Part shown: positions 50,838 through 59,666 of the stretch, piece by piece
How the letters are laid out: every line of letters starts with the position of its first letter
How positions within the stretch are numbered: position 1 is the first letter of the stretch
Assembly (NCBI GenBank): GCA_944360075.1
Contig: CALVTE010000003.1
Coordinates: forward strand, 12,964-76,963
Length of the DNA: 64,000 nt
Direction: 5' to 3'
Origin: an uncultured Clostridia bacterium
GTDB taxonomy: Bacteria > Bacillota > Clostridia > Christensenellales > UBA1242
The notes under the pieces: generated by a model
The model's database searches: none
What the model was told of the DNA's origin: nothing
Seen by the model: the letters and a program-made list of their open reading frames with translations, nothing else
Position numbers and translations under genes: made by a program

Positions 50838-51966
50838 GCCGGTATGTTTGATTTTTGTTTTCTTGCTGGTTTTTAGCGCCATTTTTACCGGTTTGTTTGT
50901 CTCGCTTGAAGGTAAAGCTATGTCAACAGATTACTCTTCAGCAAAAGCAATGTGTGTGATGGAAAGCTCTTCCAAAAGGGTTTTGAAAAGCAAAAATATG
51001 TCGGCAAAACTTGCCATGGCTTCAACCACAAAAATAATGACGGCCATCACCGCCCTTGAAAATTGCCCCGACCTTGACCAAGTTTTTGAAATATCGCCAA
51101 AAGCTGTTGGAGTGCCGGGCACCAGCCTGTATTTGCGAAAGGGCGAAAAATTTTCCACCAGACAGCTGCTTTACGGTCTGATGCTTGTCTCGGGCAATGA
51201 TGCGTCGGTGGCTATAGGCGAGCATGTGAGTGGCAGCCTTGAAGAGTTTGTCAAATTGATGAACCAAACTGCAATAAAAATTGGAGCAACAAATTCTCAT
51301 TTTGACAACACGCATGGGCTAGACTCAAAAACGCATTACACCACAGCTTATGACCTTGCGCTTATCACGAGCTACGCCATGCAAAACAACACCTTTAAAG
51401 AAATCGTTTCAACAAAAAACACAAAAATCACAAACTCCGACGGCAAAACAAGATATCTTAAAAACAAAAACAAACTATTGAACAGTTTTGAAGGGTGCAA
51501 TGGGGTGAAAACTGGTTTTACTGATGATGCAGGAAGATGCCTTGTTTCAAGTGCTGAAAAAGATGGGATGAATGTTGTGTGCGTTGTGCTTAACTGTCAG
51601 CCTATGTTTGAGGAGTGTTCAAATTTGATGGGGCAGGCGCTAAGTGAATATAAGTTGTATGATTTGACCAGCTTTTACAATTTGCCAAAGTCCATTTGTG
51701 TGACAAATGGCAGAACGGACAAGGCTCAGGTTGGCACCATGGGGCATTATTATTATCCGCTAAAAGAAAGTGAGGTTAAAGCAATTCAAATTGATTATCA
51801 AATTGAGCAAAAACTCGAAGCACCCGTCGAAAAAGGGCAGGAAGTTGGCGTGGTTAAAATTTATCTCGATAAAAACTTGCTTTTCTGTGAAAAAATATTT
51901 ACAATAGATGGTGTAAGGAGAAATTCGCTGTGGCAAAAATTGTTTGATGTTCTTGCCCAGTGGTAA
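50824..51966 (+). CDS. dacB: D-alanyl-D-alanine carboxypeptidase (spore DacB-like)
   Basis: ASTTK (SxxK), SGN and KTG; PBP5 C-terminal domain; follows ytfJ. Confidence 0.85.
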   Translation: MKMIRPVCLIFVFLLVFSAIFTGLFVSLEGKAMSTDYSSAKAMCVMESSSKRVLKSKNMSAKLAMASTTKIMTAITALENCPDLDQVFEISPKAVGVPGTSLYLRKGEKFSTRQLLYGLMLVSGNDASVAIGEHVSGSLEEFVKLMNQTAIKIGATNSHFDNTHGLDSKTHYTTAYDLALITSYAMQNNTFKEIVSTKNTKITNSDGKTRYLKNKNKLLNSFEGCNGVKTGFTDDAGRCLVSSAEKDGMNVVCVVLNCQPMFEECSNLMGQALSEYKLYDLTSFYNLPKSICVTNGRTDKAQVGTMGHYYYPLKESEVKAIQIDYQIEQKLEAPVEKGQEVGVVKIYLDKNLLFCEKIFTIDGVRRNSLWQKLFDVLAQW

Positions 51967-51972
51967 GTGGTT

Positions 51973-52680
51973 ATGAGATTAAATAAGTTTCTAGCTTCAG
52001 CAGGTGTGGCGTCAAGAAGAAAATGCGACCAACTGTTGCAACAAGGTCTGATTTCTGTCAATGGTCAGGTGGTGAGTGAACTTGGCACCGTTATAAACGA
52101 GAAAAAAGACAAGGTTTTCTATGAAGGAAGACAGGTTTTGCTGCCTTCTTCTTTCGTTTATATAAAGCTCAACAAACCAAAGGGTTATGCTTGCACCGCA
52201 AAAGATGAAAAGGGACGAAAAACCATTTACGACCTTTTGCCAAGAGAAGAAAGATTGTTTTCAATCGGCAGGCTTGATTACGACACTGAAGGCTTGATAA
52301 TCCTCACAAATGACGGCGACTTTGCCAACAAAGTGGCTCATCCAAGATATTCGGTCGACAAAGAATATCACGTCACCATTGAAGGCCAAATCAAAGAGAG
52401 TGAATTGGCGGTGCTGAGAAAGGGCGTTGTGATTGAAGGGCAGCGCATGCCTTCTGCCAAAGTTGAATTTCTTTCAAACGACGGGAAAAACACAAAACTT
52501 TCGGTTGTTATCGATGAGGGGATGAACAGGCAAATCAGAAGAATGTTTGAAGCGATTGGAAAAAACATCAAATTGCTTAAAAGGGTCCGCATTGGCAATG
52601 TGAGGCTTGGTGGAGTCAAACGTGGCGATTTTCGTGACTTAACAACTCAGGAGCTTGACAGTCTTGTGAGGCCGCAATGA
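51973..52680 (+). CDS. rluB: rRNA pseudouridine synthase RluB-like
   Basis: S4 motif RLNKFLASAGVASRR; NKPKG; GRLDYDTEGL; EGMNRQIRRM. Confidence 0.9.
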   Translation: MRLNKFLASAGVASRRKCDQLLQQGLISVNGQVVSELGTVINEKKDKVFYEGRQVLLPSSFVYIKLNKPKGYACTAKDEKGRKTIYDLLPREERLFSIGRLDYDTEGLIILTNDGDFANKVAHPRYSVDKEYHVTIEGQIKESELAVLRKGVVIEGQRMPSAKVEFLSNDGKNTKLSVVIDEGMNRQIRRMFEAIGKNIKLLKRVRIGNVRLGGVKRGDFRDLTTQELDSLVRPQ

Positions 52681-53882
52681 GAATTGCAATAATCGGCTGC
52701 GGTGCTTCTGGATTGTTTGCTGGTGGGCTTCTTTCTCAGCAGCACGAGGTTACAATTTTTGATAAAAATGAAAAATGCGGCAAAAAATTGTATATCACTG
52801 GAAAAGGACGATGCAATTTTACCAATAATTGCTCAAAAGAGCAGTTTTTGGAAAACACCATAAACGGAAAAAAATTTATGTATTCAGCCATTTCTCAACT
52901 TTCTCCGCAAAACATCATAGATTTTTTTGAGCAGCTTGGTTTAAAAACAAAAACAGAGCGTGGTGGCAGAGTTTTTCCAGTAAGCGACAAATCCAGCGAT
53001 GTGATCAAATCCTTGCAAAAATTTTGCAGCAAATGCCAAATCAAACTCAATGAGCAGGTGGATGATTTACACTACGTAAGCTCTGAAAACCTTTTCAAAA
53101 TTTCCACCAAAAAAGGAGTATATTTTTTTGACAGAGTGGTTGTGGCAACAGGCGGACAAAGCTATTCTTCGACTGGCAGCAGCGGCGATGGATACAAGTT
53201 TGCAAAAGCATTCGGACATAAAATAATCCCAATAAAACCTGCGCTTGCACCAATCGAGATTGAAGAGCAGTTTGTCAATCAGTTGCAAGGGGTGTCGCTG
53301 AAAAATGTGAGTTTAAATGGCGTTGCAGACGGCAAAAAACTCTCGTTTTTTGGGGAAATGCTCTTCACAGACAAAGGCATATCGGGGCCAATTTCACTGA
53401 CAATGTCAAGTTATATAAACAGGGCAGAAAATGTTGAACTTTCAATAGATTTCAAGCCAGCTCTTACAATGGAAATGCTTGAAAAAAGAGTGCTGAAAGA
53501 TGTGCAAGAGCTTTCAAACAAAACCATGGGCACTTTTGTTTGCTCTTATCTTCCAAAGTCGGTGGGGAAGGTGCTTTTGCAGCGGCTTGGAATTGATATC
53601 CAGCAAAAAGTAAATGGTTTAACTGCGGCTAAAAGAGAAGAGTTTGTTCAGCTTCTTAAAAGCTTCAGTTTAAAATTCAAAAGGCTGTATCCGCTCGAGA
53701 GCGGCATTGTCACGTCAGGCGGTGTTGGACTTGACCAAATAAACCCAAAAACAATGGAAAGCAAATTGCAAAAGGGGTTGTATTTTATCGGTGAAGTTTT
53801 GGACGTTGATTGTTTGACGGGCGGCTATAATTTGACAACCGCTTTTGCCACAGCTTACGCCTGCGCAGTAAATATGAAATAA
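52677..53882 (+). CDS. HI0933/YhiN-family flavoprotein
   Basis: TGKGRCNFTN, GRVFP, ATGG, GISGP, VTSGGV, GEVLDVDCLTGGYNL. Confidence 0.92.
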   Translation: MRIAIIGCGASGLFAGGLLSQQHEVTIFDKNEKCGKKLYITGKGRCNFTNNCSKEQFLENTINGKKFMYSAISQLSPQNIIDFFEQLGLKTKTERGGRVFPVSDKSSDVIKSLQKFCSKCQIKLNEQVDDLHYVSSENLFKISTKKGVYFFDRVVVATGGQSYSSTGSSGDGYKFAKAFGHKIIPIKPALAPIEIEEQFVNQLQGVSLKNVSLNGVADGKKLSFFGEMLFTDKGISGPISLTMSSYINRAENVELSIDFKPALTMEMLEKRVLKDVQELSNKTMGTFVCSYLPKSVGKVLLQRLGIDIQQKVNGLTAAKREEFVQLLKSFSLKFKRLYPLESGIVTSGGVGLDQINPKTMESKLQKGLYFIGEVLDVDCLTGGYNLTTAFATAYACAVNMK

Positions 53883-53894
53883 AAGGAGAAAGAT

Positions 53895-54503
53895 ATGTTT
53901 CATCTTGTTCAGATTTTGCTTACTATTCCTGTTCGGTTTTGCTTTCCTGCAAAATTTGTGGGTAAAGAGAATATTCCAAAAGGGCCTTGCATTATAGCAA
54001 GCAATCACACATCAAATCTTGATGCGGTGCTTTTGGCTGTGCATACGTGGGAGAAGAAATTTTATCTTGCCAAAAAAGAACTTTTCAAATGCAAACTCTT
54101 TGGCTCAATCCTAAAATGTGTTGGCGCGGTGAAGATTGACAGGCAAGAAACTGATGTCGGGGCAATCAAAAATTGTATGCGACTGCTTAAAAACGGAAAA
54201 AAACTTGTGATTTTTCCAGAAGGAACAAGAAATCATAACGACGATATGCAGCTTGGGCAGGTCAAGCACGGAGTGGCTATGTTTGCCATCAAAGCAAAGG
54301 TGCCGATAGTGCCAATGTTTATCACAAAAAAGCCAAGATTTTGGAGGAAAACCAAGGTTGTGATTGGAAAGCCTTTTTTGCTGGAGGAGTTTTATGGCAA
54401 AAAACTTGACAGTGATACCTTGACGCAAGCCAGTGACCAAGTGGCTGCAAAAATTGACCAACTGCGAGAAAGTCAGCTGAATGCTTTGACAAAAAAGAAA
54501 TAA
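53895..54503 (+). CDS. plsC: 1-acyl-sn-glycerol-3-phosphate acyltransferase
   Basis: NHTSNLD and FPEGTR. Confidence 0.92.
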   Translation: MFHLVQILLTIPVRFCFPAKFVGKENIPKGPCIIASNHTSNLDAVLLAVHTWEKKFYLAKKELFKCKLFGSILKCVGAVKIDRQETDVGAIKNCMRLLKNGKKLVIFPEGTRNHNDDMQLGQVKHGVAMFAIKAKVPIVPMFITKKPRFWRKTKVVIGKPFLLEEFYGKKLDSDTLTQASDQVAAKIDQLRESQLNALTKKK

Positions 54504-54543
54504 TTTGCTAAAATTTTTCAAAGGAATAGACGGTGATATATTT

Positions 54544-55596
54544 ATGGAAGAAAAGCGTGTTGATATTGAGCAAAAGTTTGATTTAGAGGCGATAGAAAAA
54601 ACTTTTACCTCCTACAAAAAAGGGCAGATGTTTGATGGGGTTGTTCTTATCAAGCGGCAGGACGGTGCGATATTTAATATTGGCGGAAAAAATGACGCCT
54701 TTTTGCCAAAAGAAGAGGCTCAAGATTACGACAATATTTTGATTGGCGACCGCTTTAAAGTTGTGATAACAAAATCAAAAAACGAAGAAGGCATGATTGA
54801 AGTTTCAAAAGATTTGGCAGACAATCAAATTTTACAAACGCAAAATGCTTCACGATTGAAACTGGGCAGCACGTTTTCTTTTGTTCCAACCGCTGCAGTT
54901 GAAGATGGGCTAGAGTCAAGAATGGGGCAATTTCAAATTTTTGTGCCTAACAGCGAAATCTCAAACAAATTTCACGATAAGCGCAAGTGCATTGGCAGGC
55001 AGTTTGATGCCGTGGTGACAGAAATTGACAAAGATGAAAAGCGCATTGTTGCAAGCATAAAGATTTTGGAAGAGCAAATTCAAAAAACCAATGAAGAACT
55101 GTTTTGGAACAGCATTTTTATCAACAAAATTGTCAAAGGAAAGATAAAAAAGATTATGCCTTATGGTGCTTTTGTTGACGTTGGCGGAGTTGATTGTTTT
55201 TTGCATATTTCAAACATCTCTTATCAGCATATATCTTCGCCCGACCAAGTGATTCAAGAAGGGCAGGAGTATAGTTTTAAAGTGATTGAAGTTGACAGAG
55301 AAAACAAAAAAGTTGCTCTTTCGCTTAAAGCTTTGCAAGACAGCCCAAAAAAAGCTGCCATCAAAATGTTGCAAGTGGGGCAGGCGTATGACGGCATTGT
55401 TGTCAAAATATTGAAATTTGGTGCAATCATCAAACTTGAAAATGGCGCCAGCGGCCTGCTGCACATCAAAAATGCAACTGAAGAAAACAATCGACAAATC
55501 TACGAAATTGTCAAACTCGACCAACCCGTCAAAGTGGAAGTGATTGACAAAGATGAGCAAGAAGAAAAGGTGTCTTTTGCTCTTGTAAGACAATAA
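54544..55596 (+). CDS. rpsA: Ribosomal protein S1-like protein (four S1 domains)
   Basis: Repeated S1 motifs (YGAFVDVGGVDCFLHIS, FGAIIKL...GLLHI); position after plsC. Confidence 0.75.
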   Translation: MEEKRVDIEQKFDLEAIEKTFTSYKKGQMFDGVVLIKRQDGAIFNIGGKNDAFLPKEEAQDYDNILIGDRFKVVITKSKNEEGMIEVSKDLADNQILQTQNASRLKLGSTFSFVPTAAVEDGLESRMGQFQIFVPNSEISNKFHDKRKCIGRQFDAVVTEIDKDEKRIVASIKILEEQIQKTNEELFWNSIFINKIVKGKIKKIMPYGAFVDVGGVDCFLHISNISYQHISSPDQVIQEGQEYSFKVIEVDRENKKVALSLKALQDSPKKAAIKMLQVGQAYDGIVVKILKFGAIIKLENGASGLLHIKNATEENNRQIYEIVKLDQPVKVEVIDKDEQEEKVSFALVRQ

Positions 55597-55645
55597 CAAC
55601 TATATCTTGTGGGTGTTATGCGCTGCATAATAGCATATTTAGCAA
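55597..55645 (+). promoter_or_regulatory. Candidate tandem NrdR boxes
   Basis: CAACTATATCTTGTGG (55597-55612) fits acaCwAtATaTwGtgt; weaker ATAGCATATTTAGCAA starts 33 bp later. Confidence 0.5.
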
Positions 55646-55787
55646 CAAAAATTTATGTTTGCATTTTTGCCTTATCAAAAAAGCTTCAAGTTTTTTATCA
55701 AATTTTGCGATAGAAACAAATAAAAAGATTTTGAATTTCTTTACATTTTAGATTTTTGGTGCTAAAATATAGAAAAGGAGAAAACTT

Positions 55788-56261
55788 ATGGATGATATCA
55801 AAGAGCTTATAACCAAGGTGGTCAAATATCAACCACAATATAAAAACGCGCAAGAAGTTTTGAAAGACCTTTTGCAAATTCAGCCAATCGACCTTACCTC
55901 AAAAGACACAAAAATGAAAGACGCAATGGACTGGGGCAAAGAAGTTGTGCTGTGCCTATATCGAGCAAGAAACTATTCTTTTTCAAAACAAGAGGCTGAA
56001 GTTTTGCGAGAAGCTCTTGACTTTATTGGCGCTTTGCCGCTTGAAAATTTTGATCAAATTGCGCCGCAACTGACAAGCCAAACTGCAAAAGACCGCATCG
56101 ATCCAGCACTTGTCAATGATGTTGCTTTTCCAGTGTTTGCAGCAGGCCAATTCCGAGACGAAGAAGGCGGCAAAATGGGTGTGGTTTTGAATGACATTGC
56201 TGATTTTTGGCTTGTAGAACAGGAGTATGCCGACAAAAGACCGACGCAAACTGAAAAGTAA
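55788..56261 (+). CDS. Orphan hypothetical protein
   Basis: 157-aa ORF, TTTACA-17-TAAAAT promoter, AAGGAG RBS. Confidence 0.7.
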   Translation: MDDIKELITKVVKYQPQYKNAQEVLKDLLQIQPIDLTSKDTKMKDAMDWGKEVVLCLYRARNYSFSKQEAEVLREALDFIGALPLENFDQIAPQLTSQTAKDRIDPALVNDVAFPVFAAGQFRDEEGGKMGVVLNDIADFWLVEQEYADKRPTQTEK

Positions 56262-56327
56262 AATGATTTGAAAACGAAAGGCGTAATCGAAAAGATTATG
56301 CTTTTTTTTAAATTTTTGGGCAATAAG

Positions 56328-56356
56328 TTGACAAATCTTTGCAGAATAGGTATATT
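56328..56356 (+). promoter_or_regulatory. Sigma-A promoter of tRNA-Thr
   Basis: TTGACA-17 bp-TATATT. Confidence 0.7.
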
Positions 56357-56391
56357 TATTTTGCGCACTTTTTTTTGAGTAAACAATTTGT

Positions 56392-56467
56392 GCTAACGTG
56401 GCTCAGTCGGTAGAGCAGTTGATTCGTAATCAACAGGTCGCGGGTTCGATCCCCGCCGTTAGCTCCA
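56392..56467 (+). tRNA. tRNA-Thr (anticodon CGT)
   Basis: Full 76-nt cloverleaf: acceptor GCTAACG/CGTTAGC, D-stem GCTC/GAGC, anticodon arm GTTGA-TTCGTAA-TCAAC, T-arm GCGGG-TTCGATC-CCCGC, encoded CCA. Confidence 0.97.
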
Positions 56468-56730
56468 TAAAGAAATGAAGTCAGAAGAAGTGCTAAATGA
56501 GAAAAACAGGATAAGCGACCTGTTGATGAAGGGCTCCTGAAAATGCCGAGCATTTTTGGGAAAAGGAGCACTCTTTCGCAAGGCGAGATTTGGCCTGCAA
56601 GGGCAAATCGACAGAAAAGAAAGCAGTGCGACGCGGTCGCGGGTTCGATTCCCGCCGTTAGCTCCATAAAGAAATGAAGTCAGAAGAAGTGCTAAATGAG
56701 AAAAACAGGATAAGCGACCTGTTGAAGAAG
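56436..56730 (+). repeat. 96-bp direct repeat (56436-56531 and 56635-56730) of tRNA 3' half plus trailer, around a 103-bp structured insert
   Basis: The two copies differ at only 2 positions by direct comparison. Confidence 0.92.
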
Positions 56731-56751
56731 TAATAGTAATAAAGGAAAAAC

Positions 56752-57462
56752 ATGGAAAGACCGATTATTATAGGGATTATAGCAAAACACCTTGAAAAAA
56801 ATGGGCACAAAAGACAAAATGCTTTGATAAGAGATGAAGTGAAAAATGCAATTTTTGCAAATGGGGCAATCGCTATTGGAATATTGTCGCCAGAAAAAGA
56901 AATTGGCTTTATTCACAAGATAAATCAAACGCATTGGAACTTGACCAAACGTGAGCAACAATATTTGATTGAACAAATCAACCTTTGTGACGGCATTGTT
57001 TTGCAGGGCGGAAGAAACTCAGAACACTTTGAGTCTTGGGTGGCAAAATATACTTATGACCACGATATTCCAACACTTGGCATTTGCGCTGGACAAAACA
57101 ACATGATAAGGGGGCTTGGCGGAAGCGTTAAGTGTGTGAAAAATCAAAAAAAGCATAATCAAATGTGGGTGGATTATGTGCATCCAATTTTTATTGACAG
57201 CAAAAGCCGCTTTTACAAAATTGTGGGCTGCAAAAAAATGGATGTCAACTCTCGTCATATCTACGCCATCAAGCAACCGACTGAAAACTATCGTGTTGCG
57301 GCAGTGTGTGACGATGGCTATTTTGATGTTTTGGAAGCGCCAGACAAAAAATTCAACTTTGCTCTCAGATTTCATCCAGAAAGTTTGTTTGAAAAAAGCC
57401 CAGAGCACAACAAAATTTTCAAGGCCTTTATCAAAGCGTGCAAAGAAAATCGCAAAAACTAA
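56752..57462 (+). CDS. Class I glutamine amidotransferase-like hydrolase (peptidase C26/PuuD family)
   Basis: DGIVLQGG, LGICAG, VNSRH, FHPE. Confidence 0.85.
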   Translation: MERPIIIGIIAKHLEKNGHKRQNALIRDEVKNAIFANGAIAIGILSPEKEIGFIHKINQTHWNLTKREQQYLIEQINLCDGIVLQGGRNSEHFESWVAKYTYDHDIPTLGICAGQNNMIRGLGGSVKCVKNQKKHNQMWVDYVHPIFIDSKSRFYKIVGCKKMDVNSRHIYAIKQPTENYRVAAVCDDGYFDVLEAPDKKFNFALRFHPESLFEKSPEHNKIFKAFIKACKENRKN

Positions 57463-57489
57463 GTCGAGCGTTTTGCTTGACTTTTTTTG
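57454..57489 (+). repeat. Left copy of a 36-bp exact direct repeat (gene end plus intrinsic terminator)
   Basis: AAAAACTAAGTCGAGCGTTTTGCTTGACTTTTTTTG, identical to 59608-59643. Confidence 0.92.
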
Positions 57490-57559
57490 TGCCTTAACAG
57501 CCAAAACTATTGTTTTTTGTCAGGAAATATGGTATAATATTTTTGATAGGAGGGGTTGC

Positions 57560-59587
57560 ATGGCAAAAAACAAAGTTGGCATTTTAGCAAGACTTCTTGG
57601 TTTTAAAAATTTACCTAAAAATCTCGAAGACATTACGCCGGGAACGAAAATATGCCAAATGGCTCGAGAAAAACAACAGCAGTATGAAGAATTTTTTGAT
57701 CTTATTAAAAAATTTTTAAAAAGTGTTCCAAGCAAAAAATTGCTTAGTGAAATAATAGACAAATTTATAGACCTGTATATTGTTCCGTCGGGCTTTAGTG
57801 AAAAACCACCAATAAAATGGCGCCATTTGAATATGAATTTGTTAAAAAACGTGACTGGTGGAGAATATGGAGGATTTGGGGGAGATCGGGCAATAAGATT
57901 GAATAAATCATTGTTACCGTTTAGCGTATTGGACAAGGCGCAATTCTTAGTTTTTGGATTAGAAATTATAGCGCATGAATTTCAGCATCATTTGCAATAT
58001 TTAAAATTGCACGAAAGACAGTTAAATGAAACCACCAGAGCCCAGCTAAATGAAATTTTGACTTATCAAAGTATGACGATAGATAACGCATATGAAAATA
58101 GCCGGCTTAACGCAGAGACTTTTTATGCCTTATGGGACTTGACTTTAAGAAAAGAGTTTGAAAAAACTTCTTCGAAAAGCAAATCTAGGCCGAAAATTTC
58201 CAAAGCTCCCGCAGGTTTGGTAAATTTTGCACTTTACTTAAGACAGGCACATGAGGTAAATGCTAGATGGGCATCAGATATATATTTGCAAAATTTTGTT
58301 GAAAGTTTGCCAGAAAATTTTCCTAAAAGAGATTCTTTTGTGGAAGCATTATATATGGCGAAAGAAATCAATAAAAGAAACACTAATCTTGTAAAACAGA
58401 TAGATAGTGTTATAGGTGATACTAAAAATTTTTCTAGTGATCATTTCATGGATTTGGCTATTGGGGCTTCAGGAACCAGAAAACGTTTTGATTTTCAAGC
58501 AAATCGTTACTATTTGGTGCAAGGCGATAAATATAAAGATTCTGATATGGGTGTCTGGATGGATCGCATGCGTGAAGATGTGCGAAATCTTTTGCAGGTG
58601 GCTATGGCAACGAATGATTTGGATCTACGACGTGATATAACTGGTGATTGGGACGTCTATAAGGCGTGTGAGCAGCTTGTCGAACTTGGCTTTTGCGAGG
58701 CCGCAAAGATTGTTCTTGATGAAGCACTTGCTGTTTGTGAAAACAACAGTAGCTTTATTGGTGGGGGCGTATATTATGTGGCTTTTAAATTGTTTCCTGA
58801 AGCGGTAAGAGAAAAAGGTGCTAGAGCTGCTTTTGGAGGTGACTACCTTTCTATGAAAACTTTAAGCAAAAATGTCCAAGAAGAATTTTCTAAACGCTAT
58901 TACGAAACGCTTTGTTATGGCGATGTCACAGAGGGCTCGTTTGATTTTATCTATTTGTTGAATTCAGATCAGCTAAACGATATTATTTCTCAATATATAA
59001 GAGAAGGCAAATTTGATTTTGTGACTCAGATAATGAATATCAATGAAAGTCGTTTAAAGATGTTCACAACGCAAAAACTTGAAATTTCACCTGATTTGGA
59101 AGCGATTGAGACAAGACTTGAACGGTTGCAGAATCAGATTGAAAAGGGCGAAGCATGCTATGACGACATTAACGATCTGATATGTTTTATTGATTATTTA
59201 TGCCTAGGCAGTGTGCCAGACTATCATTTGGAATGTTATTCTCCATTTGATCAAGAAGCTTTTGCCGATGTAAAAATGCCGGCTGCATCTGCTAACGACA
59301 AAGACTATCAATTCAAGCAAACACTGTTCAATCTTTACAGAAAGGCAGAGTGGCTGGGATATCAGCAGGCAAAAATTATCTACAAGCAAAAATATAACAG
59401 AGAGCTCACTCCGCTTGATTATCGCTATCATCACGGCACTGACCGACAAGAGTTTTTGCTGCCAAAGGAAGAAGAGGATAAGCGTATAGAAAAATTGTAT
59501 GGCGAAAATCAAAGAAAGTATATCGAAATGTTCGAGAACGAGTGGTCGACAACCGAGAAGGTAGAAGAGCATGCTGAAAACAAATAA
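57560..59587 (+). CDS. Orphan 675-aa protein with zincin-like HEXXH motif
   Basis: IIAHEFQHHLQY with downstream YLRQAHEVNAR; TGG-TATAAT promoter and AGGAGG RBS before ATG 57560. Confidence 0.75.
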   Translation: MAKNKVGILARLLGFKNLPKNLEDITPGTKICQMAREKQQQYEEFFDLIKKFLKSVPSKKLLSEIIDKFIDLYIVPSGFSEKPPIKWRHLNMNLLKNVTGGEYGGFGGDRAIRLNKSLLPFSVLDKAQFLVFGLEIIAHEFQHHLQYLKLHERQLNETTRAQLNEILTYQSMTIDNAYENSRLNAETFYALWDLTLRKEFEKTSSKSKSRPKISKAPAGLVNFALYLRQAHEVNARWASDIYLQNFVESLPENFPKRDSFVEALYMAKEINKRNTNLVKQIDSVIGDTKNFSSDHFMDLAIGASGTRKRFDFQANRYYLVQGDKYKDSDMGVWMDRMREDVRNLLQVAMATNDLDLRRDITGDWDVYKACEQLVELGFCEAAKIVLDEALAVCENNSSFIGGGVYYVAFKLFPEAVREKGARAAFGGDYLSMKTLSKNVQEEFSKRYYETLCYGDVTEGSFDFIYLLNSDQLNDIISQYIREGKFDFVTQIMNINESRLKMFTTQKLEISPDLEAIETRLERLQNQIEKGEACYDDINDLICFIDYLCLGSVPDYHLECYSPFDQEAFADVKMPAASANDKDYQFKQTLFNLYRKAEWLGYQQAKIIYKQKYNRELTPLDYRYHHGTDRQEFLLPKEEEDKRIEKLYGENQRKYIEMFENEWSTTEKVEEHAENK

Positions 59588-59607
59588 ACAATTGCCATGC
59601 AATCAAA

Positions 59608-59643
59608 AAAAACTAAGTCGAGCGTTTTGCTTGACTTTTTTTG
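59608..59643 (+). repeat. Right copy of the 36-bp direct repeat/terminator
   Basis: Identical to 57454-57489; its TTGACT lies 18 bp before TAGAAT of the next gene. Confidence 0.92.
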
Positions 59644-59666
59644 ACGAATTGGGGTAGAATAGCATT

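Noticed and set aside
56356-56667. 103-aa minus-strand ORF (MELTAGIEPAT...)
   Set aside because: Antisense shadow of the tRNA and its duplicated 3' half; not a credible protein.
57176-57559. 128-aa N-terminal extension of the 803-aa ORF
   Set aside because: It overlaps the C26 hydrolase gene and crosses its terminator; promoter and RBS point to ATG 57560.
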